Shown: positions 9,364 to 21,644, numbered from the stretch's first letter. The stretch: DNA of 64,000 bases from an uncultured Gemmatimonadales bacterium (GCA_963809895.1 CAWELD010000003.1:832001-896000), one strand, 5' to 3'. A program made the numbers and translations. Notes: generated by a model from the sequence alone, not told the origin.

Positions 9364-10017
9364 ATGGCGCACATCCCCTACGTTCCGTACGACGACGCCG
9401 ACGGGCTCCTGGCGGAGCACTACCGGCGCTACCGGGAGCCCCACGGCGGGGTGGATCACATCATCCGGATCCATTCCCTGAACCCGGCCTCCCTGGGCCA
9501 CCACTACCAGATGTACGCGCACCTGATGCGGGGGCGGTCGCCACTCACCCGGGTGCAGCGCGAGATGATCGCCGTGGCGGTATCGGCGGCCAACGACTGC
9601 TTCTACTGAATCAACCATCACGGAGCGGGCCTCCGTACGCTGCTGGATGACGACAGCCTGGCTCGGGCGCTGGCCACCGATCCGGACGGCGCCGAGCTGC
9701 CCGGCCAGGAGCGGGCGATGGTCGATTACGCGCTGAAGCTGACCCGCACGCCCGGCACCATCACAGCCGCCGACGTGGACCGGCTTCGCCAAGCGGGTTT
9801 CGAGGATCGGGCGGTGCTGGACATCGCTCAGGTCACCGCCTACTACAACTACGTGAACCGCCTGGCCGACGGCCTGGGCGTGGAGCTCGAGGACTACTGG
9901 ATGGACGAGGACATGACGCTGACGAGGGAGCAGTTCGAAGCGCTGCGTGGAGGGCATGGCGTAGCGGAGAGCGATCCCGAAGGCATGGCCTCGCCCGACG
10001 CTGGAGATGGCCCGTGA
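9364..10017 (+). CDS. AhpD/carboxymuconolactone decarboxylase-like peroxidase-related protein; probable selenoprotein (TGA 9607-9609 read as Sec, CxxU)
   Basis: ORF-track pieces 8911-9609 and 9718-10017 are in one frame separated only by TGA: ...REMIAVAVSAANDCFY*INHHGAGLR...YALKLTRTP...LRQAGFEDRAVLDIAQVTAYYNYVNRLADGLGV; 217 aa if read through. Confidence 0.85.
9620..9636 (+). promoter_or_regulatory. Bacterial SECIS-like hairpin
   Basis: ACGGAG-CGGGC-CTCCGT: perfect 6-bp stem with G-rich loop, beginning 11 nt after the in-frame TGA. Confidence 0.6.
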
Positions 10018-11600
10018 CTCCCACTGGCGTGATCCTCACCGGCAGCTCCCTGACGCTGGACCAGGTGGGGGCGGTGGCGCACCGGCGGGCCGGTCCCGTG
10101 AGCCTGGGCTACGGCGCGCGCGACGCCGTGGTGCGCGCTCGGGAGCAGGTGGAGCGTGCCGTGGAAGCGGGTGAGCGCATCTACGGCGTGACCACCGGAT
10201 TCGGGCGACTGGCCGAGGTCGTCATCTCACCCGAGCAGCGCACGACGCTGCAGCTCAACCTGCTGCGCAGTCATGCGGTGGGCGTGGGCTCTCCGCTCCC
10301 CAGGGAGGCCGTGCGCGCCATCCTCCTGCTGCGGGCCAACGCCCTGGCCCGCGGGGCCTCGGGGGTGCGGCTGGAGGTGCTGGAGCACCTGCTCGAGCTT
10401 CTCAATCGGGGGATTCATCCGGTGGTGCCCGAGGCGGGCTCCGTAGGGGCCAGCGGAGATCTGGCGCCCCTGGCCCACGTCGCCCTGGCCCTGGTGGGTG
10501 AGGGCATGGTGGAGGTGGAAGGGACCGTCCGCCCCGCGAGCGAAGCCCTCGCCGACGCCGGACTCGCGCCCCTGACCCTCCAGGCCAAGGAGGGCCTGGC
10601 GCTCATCAACGGCACGCAGGCCACCACCGGCATGGGCATCCTGGCCTGGCTCCGGGCCCGGGCCGCGCTGGAGGCGGTGGAAGCGGCCGGCGCCATGTCG
10701 CTGGAGGCCCTCAAGGGTACCCCGGAGGCCTTCCGTGCCGAGGTCTCCGATCTGCGCCCCCATCCGGGCCAGACCGCCTCGGCGGCGACGCTCCGGCGCC
10801 TGTTGCGCGACTCCGAGATCCGGGAGTCCCACCGTGAGAACGATCCCCGCATCCAGGATGCCTATTCGCTCCGTTGCATGCCCCAGGTGCACGGCGCGGC
10901 CCGGCAGGCGTTGGCCTACGTGCGCGGGGTCCTGGAGACCGAAGCGAACAGCGTCACCGACAATCCCCTGATCCTCACCGACGCCGACGCGGTGGTGAGC
11001 GCCGGGAACTTCCACGCCCAGGTGGTGGCCCAGGCGCTGGACTTCGCCTGCATGGCACTGGCGGACCTGGCGGCCATCAGCGAGCGGCGCACCGAGCGTC
11101 TGCTCAATCCCGATCTGTCCCAGGGGCTGCCGGCTTTCCTGGCGCATCATCCCGGGCTGGAGTCGGGGCTCATGATCGCCCAGGTCACGGCCTGCGACCT
11201 GCTGGCCGAGCTCCGGGTGCTTGCGCATCCGGTCAGCGTGGACTCGGTGCCCACCAGCGCCAACCAGGAAGACCACATCTCCATGGGCATGGCGGCCGCC
11301 CGCAAGCTCACCCGCGGGGTGGGCTGCCTGGAATACGTGGTGGCGGTGGAGTTGCTGTGCGCGGCCCAGGGCCTCGAGTACCGACGACCGCTCAAGGCCG
11401 GCGTGGGCGCCGAGGCGGCCTACGGGCGGGTGCGGGAGGTCGCGGCGGCGCTGGACGGCGACCGCTCCCTCCATGACGAGCTCGAGCGGCTGGCGGCGCG
11501 GGTGCGGGTGGGGGACTTCCGCATCGCCGCGCTGGATCCCAGCGGAGAGCCGCCCCCACCCGACACCCCCTCCCACGACGACGTGCATCGGCCCGGCTGA
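10014..11600 (+). CDS. hutH: Histidine ammonia-lyase
   Basis: [20 protein letters not shown]-forming [42 protein letters not shown]. Confidence 0.95.
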   Translation: MTPTGVILTGSSLTLDQVGAVAHRRAGPVSLGYGARDAVVRAREQVERAVEAGERIYGVTTGFGRLAEVVISPEQRTTLQLNLLRSHAVGVGSPLPREAVRAILLLRANALARGASGVRLEVLEHLLELLNRGIHPVVPEAGSVGASGDLAPLAHVALALVGEGMVEVEGTVRPASEALADAGLAPLTLQAKEGLALINGTQATTGMGILAWLRARAALEAVEAAGAMSLEALKGTPEAFRAEVSDLRPHPGQTASAATLRRLLRDSEIRESHRENDPRIQDAYSLRCMPQVHGAARQALAYVRGVLETEANSVTDNPLILTDADAVVSAGNFHAQVVAQALDFACMALADLAAISERRTERLLNPDLSQGLPAFLAHHPGLESGLMIAQVTACDLLAELRVLAHPVSVDSVPTSANQEDHISMGMAAARKLTRGVGCLEYVVAVELLCAAQGLEYRRPLKAGVGAEAAYGRVREVAAALDGDRSLHDELERLAARVRVGDFRIAALDPSGEPPPPDTPSHDDVHRPG

Positions 11601-11646
11601 GCGCCGGGTCGCGCTGGCCTTTCACACGGACGATCCGAGATCCACC

Positions 11647-13323
<1,677 letters not shown>

Positions 13324-13362
13324 GAGGGCCGCCGACCCCACGGCGGCGCCGCCCGGGAACGG

Positions 13363-14773
13363 TCAGCGGCCCGCGCGGCGCCCGAGCGCCTCCAGCACCT
13401 CGCGGTACCGGGCCGCCACTTCCTCCTGCCGGGGGTGGCGGCCCTCTGCCACCACCTGGCGACCGCCGACCCAGACCTCCGACACCGGGGTGTCGTTGCC
13501 GCTGAAGACCCAGCCGTCCAGGAGCTGGTCGCCGTCCAGGCCCGCCAGCGCGGGATGCTCGGGGTCCAGGACGACCCAGTCCGCGCGATGGCCCGCTGCC
13601 AGCGCCCCGAGCTTCCGTCCCGAGGCCTGGGCGCCGCCCTGCCAGGCGCCCTCCAGGAGCACGCGCCCCGTGGAGCGCTCCGCCGGTCCCGCGGCCACGT
13701 TGCGGGCGCGGGTCCAGCAGGCGCTGGCCGTATTCCAGCCAACGGAGCTCCTCGATCGGGCTGACCGAGACGTGGCTGTCCGAGCCCACGCCCCAGCGTC
13801 CGCCCACCTCCAGATAGTCGGCGAGGCGGAAGAGCCCGTCACCCAGATTGGCTTCGGTGGTCGGACACAGGCCCGCCACCGCGCCGGAGCGGGCGAGCCC
13901 GGCGACCTCGGCGTCGTCCATGTGGGTGGCGTGGACGAGGCACCAGGTGGCGTCCACCGACGCGTGCTCGAGGAGCCACGCCACCGGGCGCTGGTCCGAC
14001 CAGGCCAGGCAGGCCTCGACCTCTCTCTGCTGTTCCGCCACGTGGATGTGGACGGGACCTTCGAGGTCGCGCGCCCGCCAGGCCTCCAGGACGCGGGCGA
14101 GGGCGTCGGGAGGGACGGCACGGAGCGAATGGAAGGCGAGTCCCGCCCGGGTGTCGGCATGCGCGGACGTGGCGGCGACGGTGGCATCCAGGAGCCCGAG
14201 GTAGGCGTCCTCGTCCAGAACGAAGCGCCGTTGTCCCTCGCCCGGCTCGGCGCCCCCGAAGTCCGAGGTGCGGTACAACACCGGCAACAGCGTCATCCCC
14301 AGGCCCGCCTGGCGCGCGGCGCGCAGCACCTGGAGCGCCATCTCGGCGGGATCGGCATACGCCGCCCCTGCGGGATCCAGGTGCAGGTAGTGGAACTCGC
14401 AGATCGAGGTGTAGCCGTGCCGGAGGAGCTCCACGTAGAGCTGTTCCGCCACCGCACCGACGTCGTCGGGCGTCAGCACGCCGAGGAACGCGTACATCCG
14501 CTCCCGCCAGCTCCAGAAGCTGTCGCCCGCCCGGGATCCGCGCTCGGTGCGGCCCGCGAGGGCGCGTTGGAAGGCGTGGGAGTGGAGGTTGGGGATCCCC
14601 GGGACCACGACGCCCGGGAGCCCGGTCTCCGTCGCCGGCCCGGAATCCCTCCGATCCGTCGCTGCGGAGCTTCGGGCGACCCCCGTGATCTCGCCGGCGT
14701 CGTCCACCGTCAGTCGGACGTCCCGGGCCCAGCCGTCGGGGAGAAGGGCGAGGGGCGCGCGGTAGTGATGCAT
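13363..14773 (-). pseudogene. hutF: Formimidoylglutamate deiminase with a +1 frameshift near 13714 (possible sequencing error)
   Basis: PNLHSHAFQRALAG, EFHYLH, HIHVAEQ, CPTTEANLGDG, GSDSH...EELRWLEYGQRLL, then homology continues in another frame (TRARNV...GALAAGHRADWVVLD...VWVGGRQVV). Confidence 0.88.
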
Positions 14774-14831
14774 GGGGCGCGAGTCTAGATTGCCCGGCGC
14801 ACGTCCGTCAACCGAGCACCGGAGCGACTCC

Positions 14832-16079
14832 GTGACCGACCCCACCTGGGACACGCTGTGGATCGACGCGAACCTGGCCACCATGGATCCGGCGGCCGGG
14901 GGCGACGGAAGCGTGAGACGGGGTGCGCTGGCGGCGCGCGATGGGCGAATCGCATGGGTGGGCGTCGAGGAGGAGCTTCCCGGAGATCCGCGCGCCCTCG
15001 CCCGCGAAGTACGGTCCGTGGGGGGCGCCTGGATCACCCCCGGCCTCGTGGACTGCCACACGCACGCGGTCTTCGGGGGGCAGCGGGCGGGCGAATTCGA
15101 AGCCCGTCTCGCCGGGACCTCCTACGAGGACATCGCCCGAGCCGGCGGCGGAATCCTCTCGACGGTACGCGCGACCCGTGCCGCCACAGAGGAGGAGCTG
15201 GAGCGCACGGCGCTGGCCAGGCTCGGCGATCTGGCGGCCGACGGAGTCACCACCGCCGAGATCAAGTCCGGCTACGACCTCACGGTGGAAGGCGAGCTGC
15301 GCATGCTGCGCGTCGCGCGTCGGCTGGGTGAGCGCGGCCTCCTGGAGATCCGCACCACCCTGTTGGGACTCCACGTGGTTCCGCCCGAGTATGGAGAGGA
15401 TCGCGGGGAGTGGGTGCGCGCGGTAGCCGACGTGCTGGTTCCGCGGGCGGCCGACGAAGGGCTGGCGGATCAGGTCGACGCCTTCCTGGAGGGAATCGCC
15501 TTCAGCGCCGAGGAGTGTGCCCCGGTGATGGCGTCGGCCCGGAGGCACGGCCTGGGCGTGCGACTGCACGCGGATCAGCTCGAGGACGGGGGTGGCGCGG
15601 CGGCGGCGGCGGCCATGGGGGCGCGCTCCGCCGATCACCTGGAGCACGCGTCGGAAGAGGGGATCGCCGCCATGGCGAAGGCCGGCACGGTGGCCGTCCT
15701 GCTCCCCGGTGCCTACCACACACTCCGGCAGACCACGCCTCCGCCCGTGGAGCTCTTCCGCAAGCACGGGGTGCCCATGGCCGTGGCCACCGATCTCAAC
15801 CCGGGCACGGCGCCGGTGCGCTCGCTGCGTCTGGCCATGAACCTGGCCTGCGTGCGCTTCGGGCTGACGCCCACGGAGGCGCTGGCCGGTGCGACGCGGA
15901 CGGCGGCGCGGGTGTTGGGGCTCGAAGATCGCGGCCGACTGGAGGTCGGGCTACGAGCGGACCTGGTGGTGTGGGACGTCGAGGAGCTCGCGGAGCTGTG
16001 CTACTGGCTGGGAGGAAGCCTCGTGAGGGAGCGCGTCCTGGCGGGGGTCGGGGTGGGGGCCCGCGACTCTGGTTCCTGA
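14832..16079 (+). CDS. hutI: Imidazolonepropionase
   Basis: PGLVDCHTH, GGGILSTVRATR, EIKSGY, LHADQL, SADHLE, VATDLNPG. Confidence 0.95.
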   Translation: MTDPTWDTLWIDANLATMDPAAGGDGSVRRGALAARDGRIAWVGVEEELPGDPRALAREVRSVGGAWITPGLVDCHTHAVFGGQRAGEFEARLAGTSYEDIARAGGGILSTVRATRAATEEELERTALARLGDLAADGVTTAEIKSGYDLTVEGELRMLRVARRLGERGLLEIRTTLLGLHVVPPEYGEDRGEWVRAVADVLVPRAADEGLADQVDAFLEGIAFSAEECAPVMASARRHGLGVRLHADQLEDGGGAAAAAAMGARSADHLEHASEEGIAAMAKAGTVAVLLPGAYHTLRQTTPPPVELFRKHGVPMAVATDLNPGTAPVRSLRLAMNLACVRFGLTPTEALAGATRTAARVLGLEDRGRLEVGLRADLVVWDVEELAELCYWLGGSLVRERVLAGVGVGARDSGS

Positions 16080-16124
16080 AAACCCGAAAGGGCCGACACC
16101 GGAGAACCGGCGCCGACCCCTTCC
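16079..16124 (-). terminator. Intrinsic terminator-like hairpin between convergent genes
   Basis: Minus strand GAAGGGGTCGGCGCCGG-TTCT-CCGGTGTCGGCCCTTTC followed by GGGTTTT (stem includes G-U pairs). Confidence 0.5.
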
Positions 16125-16144
16125 ATGCCGTCCGAAGCCGTGCT

Positions 16145-17603
16145 TCAGGCCCCCCCTCCGACCGGCTTGCGAACGGTGGGCCTTCTGGTCGTCGTGGCCG
16201 AGCCGCCGCCACCGGACCGTGCCGGCGGCCTCTTGACCGCGCTGCCCCCGCCACCCGTGCGCTTGACGGGCTTGCTACGGATCACCGGCTTGCTGGTCCC
16301 GCCGCTGCGTTGCGTGGGGCGGGCCGTGGGCCGGGTGGTCGTGGGCCGCCGGATCACCGGTTTGCTGGTCGGCCGGCGGGTCGGACCGGCCGTGGCCGGG
16401 GTGCCGCCGGACGGAGGCCGGATCACCGGACGGCGCCGGGTCTCGGTGGGGCCGTTGGTGCGCTGGGTCGGCCGAGTCGGCGTGGCCGTCGACGGACGCC
16501 TGGGCGCCGTGGTCGAGCCGCGCACGCCCAACGACGGACGCGTGGGCGCGGCCGCTCCGCGGTCGGGCGCCCGGGTCTCGGGGCGGTCGTCACCGCGCAA
16601 CAGCGAGCTGGGACGACGTGCCGTCGACGGACGCTGCGGGGGCGTGGCCCGGGTCACGGTGGGACGGGCTCGTCCAGGGGTCCCGGAACCCTCGCGGGCA
16701 GCGTCCGACGGGCGGAGCCGCACCGTGGCCGGGGCCGACCGGGACGCGCCGGGGCTCCCGGTGCGCGTGGTCGGACGTGTCGGCACCGCGGTGGGCGCGT
16801 CACGACGGGCCGCGGGAGAGCCGATGGCCGTCGGCCGATCCGGACGGGCCATGCTCGTGGGCGCGCCGCGTCGGATGTCACCGGGCTCGGAAGGCGCGCC
16901 CGCACCGGTGCGGGGAGCCGGCGACGCCACCCCCCGTCCACGCGGGATTGCCGACTGGCCGCCACCGTCGCGGGCGGCTTCCTTGTAGTCCGTGCCACGG
17001 TAGAACGGTGACGCGTAGCGCTGCCCGGACCAGCCGTAGCGGGACCCGCCGTTGTTGTTCACGACGACCACGCTGGTGGGACCGTAGTACCCGACGGGAC
17101 CCCACGGGTCGTAGCCGAAGAACGGACCCCAGGGATCCCACAGGGGCTGAACGCGGATGGCCTGATACCAGCGCTGGCGCCAGCTATTGCGGTGCTGCCA
17201 GAAGAGGAGCTGCGCGTGGAAGGCGTGGTAGGCGTGGGGAGAGCCACCCAGGATGCAGTCGTTGTACCACCCCGAATTCAGGACGCCGGGCCCCCAGTAC
17301 GGCGTGGGACCCCACCCCCCGCATGTACCCGAAGCCGGAGCCGTACCCGTAGGGCGGCACCGGTCCGTACGAGCACCACGCGGAGGACGCGTACGGGTCA
17401 CCGTAATAGCCGTCGTCGTAGTACCCGGTGTCGTAGTACCCGTCGGAATAGCCGTCCCAGGCGCTCACACCGAACCCGAAGGAGACCCCGTCGAAGAGCC
17501 CCCCGACCCCGAAGGAGAAGCCCGACACCTGTGCCGACCCCGCGGCCGGCACGGCCAGACCCGCGAGTAGCGCCAGGGCTCCCACGCTCAGCTTCCTGCT
17601 CAC
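16145..17603 (-). pseudogene. Secreted low-complexity protein (Gly/Tyr/Trp-rich N-half, Arg/Pro/Thr-rich C-half), frameshifted in a G6 run at 17315-17320
   Basis: GGAGG plus GTG at 17603, signal peptide ...AVPAAGSA-Q; the GY-rich sequence switches frame at CGGGGGGTGG into ORF 16145-17401. Confidence 0.65.
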
Positions 17604-17812
17604 GATAACCTCCCGTTGGGGTGTGCTGCCCCTCATTCGAAGCACGGACTGTGCCACCTGGCGAGGCCGCGTCCAGATTCCGCGGAATGTCGCACCGTCC
17701 GGGGCGAATGGCCCGCGGCGGCGTCCCCGTGTCACACCCCGGTGTCCGGTTCAGAGGACAGGCCTGTCCGGGCACGAAGGACGCTCGGCGCCAGCCCCAG
17801 TGCCCGAGTGCC

Positions 17813-17965
17813 TCAGCCGCTCACCGCCCGCAAGACCAGCCAGACCACGACGAGGAAGATGAAGGGGGCGGCGGTGAGGACGAGCTTGCTCACGGTGCCG
17901 GCTTCCTGCTCGTCATCCTCGGAGGGCCCGGAACCCTCACCGGAAGCGGGGGGTCGGTCCGTCAC
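17813..17965 (-). CDS. Small membrane protein (about 50 aa)
   Basis: GGAGG upstream of GTG; acidic N-terminus then hydrophobic LVLTAAPFIFLVVVWLVL. Confidence 0.5.
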   Translation of the reverse strand: MTDRPPASGEGSGPSEDDEQEAGTVSKLVLTAAPFIFLVVVWLVLRAVSG

Positions 17966-18456
17966 GGACACGCCCTCCCTGAGCGCCGAGCGAAGGCGGT
18001 CCGGCGGGCGCGCCGCAGGGTCGGGACGGAGCCCGGGGGAAACCATCGCGAGGGGTTTGGCGTACAAGTCATGTGAGTGCGTTCTGTTGGCGCCCCGGGC
18101 CGAAGACCTTGCCGTCACGGTCCGAACGTGGAAGATTCAAGAACGTTTTCCGGGCTCCCCATTCCGGAGTCCGAGTCCCCCCGATCAGGGACCCGCCGCG
18201 GCCCGGCCGCGAGCAGGGGTTGAAGATGGGCCTCCTCAGCATGGAGCGCCACCGACCGTGATCGTCGGGGTTCACCCGCTCGAGCTGTAGGACCGCGTGT
18301 GCCCGTGGGCTGCGGACTTCGGTATTCCTCGAAGCCCTCGCTCCCGGGCCCCCTCCCGAGGGTCGGTCCGCTCGTGCGTTCAAGCCAGGCCGGACCGGCA
18401 AGAGTGCCGCGTCCGGGCGAAACGAGTCCCCTCATGACGCGAGACAGCGACCGAAC

Positions 18457-19599
18457 GTGAACGACGACACCCCCCTGGGAATCCTGGAGGTACTCGGAGG
18501 CGGCTCCGGGTTCATCCGGCGCAAGGACGCCGGGTACGTTCCCAGCAAGGACGACATCTACGTGGGATCCCGGGTCATCAACAAGTTCGGGCTCCGCACG
18601 GGCGACGAGCTCGCCGGCGACGTGGGCAAGCGCCCCAAGAGCGGCAAGAGCCCGCCCCTGACCCACCTGCGTCAGGCGAACGGCCGTCCCCCCGAAGAGG
18701 CCAAGAACCGGCCCGACTTCAACCGGCTGAGCGCCATGCACCCCGACGAGCAGCTCAAGCTCGAGTGTGGGCGCACCGTGGCCGGCCATGCCGACGCCAC
18801 CAACCGGGTCATCGACCTCTTCTGTCCCTTCGGCAAGGGCCAGCGCGCCATGATCGTGGCGCCCGCCAAGGCGGGAAAGACCATGGTCCTGCAGTCGGTC
18901 GCCGAAGGTATCGTCACCAACCACTCCGAGTGCGTCCTGTACATCCTCCTGGTGGACGAGCGTCCCGAGGAGGTCACGGAGATGGAGGCGTGCGGATTCG
19001 GTGAGGTCATCGCCTCCACCTTCGATCGCACCGCCGAGCGCCACTGTCAGGTGGCGGAGATGACGCTGGAACGGGCGCGCCGGCGGGTGGAGCAGGGCGA
19101 TGACGTCGTCATCATCCTGGACTCCATCACCCGACTCGCGCGGGCCTACAACACGGTGGAGGAGGGAAGCGGGCGCACGTTGTCCGGCGGCCTGGACGCC
19201 CAGTCGCTGGAGAAGCCGAAGCGCTTCCTGGGCAGCGCCCGCAAGATCGCCAACGACCAGGGCGGCGGCTCGCTCACCATCATCGCCACCGCGTTGGTGG
19301 ACACGGGCAGCCGCATGGACCAGGTCATCTTCGAGGAGTTCAAGGGCACCGGGAACAGCGAGCTCGTGCTCTCGCGCGAACTGGCGGATCGCAGGATCTA
19401 CCCGGCCATCGACCTGGCGGCGTCGGCCACCCGCAAAGAGGAGCTCCTGCTCAGCTCCGACGCCCTGGATCTGTCCCGGGCGCTGCGGCGTCAGCTCGCC
19501 GGGATCGGCACCGCCGACGCCATGACCGAGCTGTTGGGCGTCATGAAGCGCATGCCGACCAATCAGGAGTTGATCGACTACTACAAGCAGCGCGTCTGA
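18457..19599 (+). CDS. rho: Transcription termination factor Rho (short form)
   Basis: GFIR/DDIYV OB-fold, GKGQRAMIVAPAKAGKT, LVDERPEEVT, LDSITRLARAYN, EEFKGTGNSE. Confidence 0.95.
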   Translation: MNDDTPLGILEVLGGGSGFIRRKDAGYVPSKDDIYVGSRVINKFGLRTGDELAGDVGKRPKSGKSPPLTHLRQANGRPPEEAKNRPDFNRLSAMHPDEQLKLECGRTVAGHADATNRVIDLFCPFGKGQRAMIVAPAKAGKTMVLQSVAEGIVTNHSECVLYILLVDERPEEVTEMEACGFGEVIASTFDRTAERHCQVAEMTLERARRRVEQGDDVVIILDSITRLARAYNTVEEGSGRTLSGGLDAQSLEKPKRFLGSARKIANDQGGGSLTIIATALVDTGSRMDQVIFEEFKGTGNSELVLSRELADRRIYPAIDLAASATRKEELLLSSDALDLSRALRRQLAGIGTADAMTELLGVMKRMPTNQELIDYYKQRV

Positions 19600-19647
19600 T
19601 CCCCGTCGCGGAGCCGGAGGTCCACGCCTCCGGATCCGGACGTCGGC

Positions 19648-20244
19648 TCAGGAGCCGGGATCAGGAGGCGACGCGCTCGCCGTGTCCCCTCTCGTCGTGA
19701 ACGGGGGGGCGTCGTGGACCGACACGCCGCTCTCCACCAGGCTCAGCAGGTGCTCCAGGTCCTTCGCCATCTCGGAGCCCTGCATGCGGTTCATGCCCAG
19801 CGCCATGTAGGCGAGGAACGGGTTCCAGCCGAAATCGCCCTCCTCGGTCCACACCAGGCGCGTGCCCCCCGAGCCCGTGGCTTCGAGCTCCACCGAGCCG
19901 TGGGTCACCAGCGATCCCTCCTCCACGCGCACCTCGTACGCCACCCTCCGTGGGGGTTCGCTCTCGGTGAGGACCCACTCGCCCTGACCCCACTGGGGAT
20001 CGTCCCAGCTCCGTGTCGCTCCCACGCCTCCATCGGGCCCCGAGACCGTGGCGTCGACCTGGTCCCACGGGGTGAAGGCAGCCCAGCCGTCCAGGGAATT
20101 GACCCACGGGAACACGGCGGCCGGCGGCGCCGGGAGCTCCACGGTGCGCTCCGCGTGCCACGTTCCGGGCAGGGCGAGGCCGATGCCCACCAGGGTCAGG
20201 AGAAGGAGGGCGACGGCGGTGATGAAGATCTTCAGGGGCTTCAC
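19648..20244 (-). CDS. SRPBCC/polyketide cyclase-like protein, membrane anchored
   Basis: N-terminal TM then ERTVELPAPPAAVFPWV...GPDGGVGATRSW; GTG overlaps the tesA-like stop. Confidence 0.8.
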   Translation of the reverse strand: MKPLKIFITAVALLLLTLVGIGLALPGTWHAERTVELPAPPAAVFPWVNSLDGWAAFTPWDQVDATVSGPDGGVGATRSWDDPQWGQGEWVLTESEPPRRVAYEVRVEEGSLVTHGSVELEATGSGGTRLVWTEEGDFGWNPFLAYMALGMNRMQGSEMAKDLEHLLSLVESGVSVHDAPPFTTRGDTASASPPDPGS

Positions 20245-20954
20245 GGCCGCTTCTCCATGGCCACGAGGATCGAATCGAGGACGGGCCACACGTTGTGGGC
20301 CAGGATCAGATGCCCCTCGGCGGTGGGGTGGATTCCGTCGGGCTGATTGAGCTCCGGGATCCCTCCCACGTCCTGGAGAAGGAAGGGGACCAGCGCCGTT
20401 CCTTCGCTGCCCGCCACCCGGGGGAAAACTTCTCGGAAGCGAGTGGTGTAGTCCGGACCGAGGTTCGGCGGCGCTTCCATGCCCAGGAGGATGACGTGCA
20501 CCCCGGGGTGGCGTTGCCGCGCCGTTTGGACGATGGTGCGCAGGTTCGCCTCCAGGGCGCCGGGATCCTGCCCACGGAGCCCGTCGTTCGCCCCCAGCTC
20601 CACCACCAGGACATCCATGGGACGGTCGAGGAGGAAATCCAGGCGCCGGACGCCGCCCGCGCTGGTTTCGCCGCTCACGCCGGCGTTGACGACCTGGATG
20701 GGCAGGCCCGCCGAATCGGCGACGCGGCCCAGGACCTCGGGAAAGCGTCGGTCGGGATCGCGGAGGCCCAGTCCAGCGGTGAGACTCGTCCCCAGGAACA
20801 CGACCACGGGCCGGTTCGCCGCAACGCTGTCCGCCGGTTGCACGGGTGGCGTCGAATCCGCGGCGGCGGCGGGGGGGCTTCCGCCGGACGTGGGCTCGCA
20901 CCCCGCCAGCGCCAGCGCGGCGGCCACCAGGACACTCGGGAGTCTGGAACGCAT
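20241..20954 (-). CDS. tesA: Arylesterase / acyl-CoA thioesterase I (SGNH), lipoprotein
   Basis: FLGTSLTAG, NAGVSGETSAGG, ELGANDGLRG, DGIHPTAEGH; LAGC lipobox. Confidence 0.88.
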   Translation of the reverse strand: MRSRLPSVLVAAALALAGCEPTSGGSPPAAAADSTPPVQPADSVAANRPVVVFLGTSLTAGLGLRDPDRRFPEVLGRVADSAGLPIQVVNAGVSGETSAGGVRRLDFLLDRPMDVLVVELGANDGLRGQDPGALEANLRTIVQTARQRHPGVHVILLGMEAPPNLGPDYTTRFREVFPRVAGSEGTALVPFLLQDVGGIPELNQPDGIHPTAEGHLILAHNVWPVLDSILVAMEKRP

Positions 20955-21644
20955 ATGATCGTGGCGGAGAATCTGGGAAAGACGTACGAGAGCGGTGGTC
21001 GACCGCTGCCGGTCCTTCGTGACGTGGATTTGAGCGTCGCGCCCCGGGACGTGGTGGCCGTGCTCGGACCCTCGGGCAGCGGCAAGTCCACCCTCCTGGG
21101 GCTCCTGGCGGGGCTGGACGAGCCCACGACCGGTCGGGTTCTTCTGGATGGTCAGGACCTTGCGGCTCTCAGCGAGGATCAGAGGGCGGGATTTCGTGCT
21201 CGAAACGTAGGGTTCGTCTTCCAGACGTTCCACCTCCTGCCGACCCTGACGGCGCTGGAGAACGTGCTGGTGCCCATGGAGCTGCTGGGGCGCGACCGTC
21301 CCGCCGACCACCGGACGCGTGCCGAGTCCCTCCTGGCCAGAGTGGGGCTCGCCGACCGGCAGCACCACTATCCGGCCCAACTCTCCGGTGGCGAGCAGCA
21401 GCGCGTGGCGGTGGCGCGGGCCTTCGCCGCGCGTCCGCGCATCCTCTTCGCCGACGAGCCCACGGGCAATCTCGACCGGGACACCGGACACCGCATCGTG
21501 GACCTGTTGGTGGAGCTCAATCAGGAATCCGAAACGACGCTCGTGCTGGTCACCCATGACGCGACGCTGGCCGATCGCGCCGGCCGCGTGGTGCGGCTCG
21601 AGGGCGGAAGAGTCGTCTCCGACGTGCGCAGAGACGAGCGGTGA
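20955..21644 (+). CDS. ABC transporter ATP-binding protein (YbbA/LolD-like)
   Basis: [34 protein letters not shown]; divergent from tesA. Confidence 0.92.
   Translation: MIVAENLGKTYESGGRPLPVLRDVDLSVAPRDVVAVLGPSGSGKSTLLGLLAGLDEPTTGRVLLDGQDLAALSEDQRAGFRARNVGFVFQTFHLLPTLTALENVLVPMELLGRDRPADHRTRAESLLARVGLADRQHHYPAQLSGGEQQRVAVARAFAARPRILFADEPTGNLDRDTGHRIVDLLVELNQESETTLVLVTHDATLADRAGRVVRLEGGRVVSDVRRDER

Noticed and set aside
10014..11600. hutH as an ergothionase or Phe/Tyr ammonia-lyase
   Set aside because: Intact ASG MIO motif, SH specificity residues and hutU/hutI/hutF context indicate histidine ammonia-lyase.
14774..14831. HutC operator in the hutF/hutI divergent gap (AGTCTAGATT)
   Set aside because: Only a short TCTAGA palindrome without the TGT...ACA flanks; no hutC in the window.
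18180..18400. 6S RNA or other named ncRNA upstream of rho
   Set aside because: Could not identify the expected long closing stem and central bubble by eye; left as an unassigned leader.
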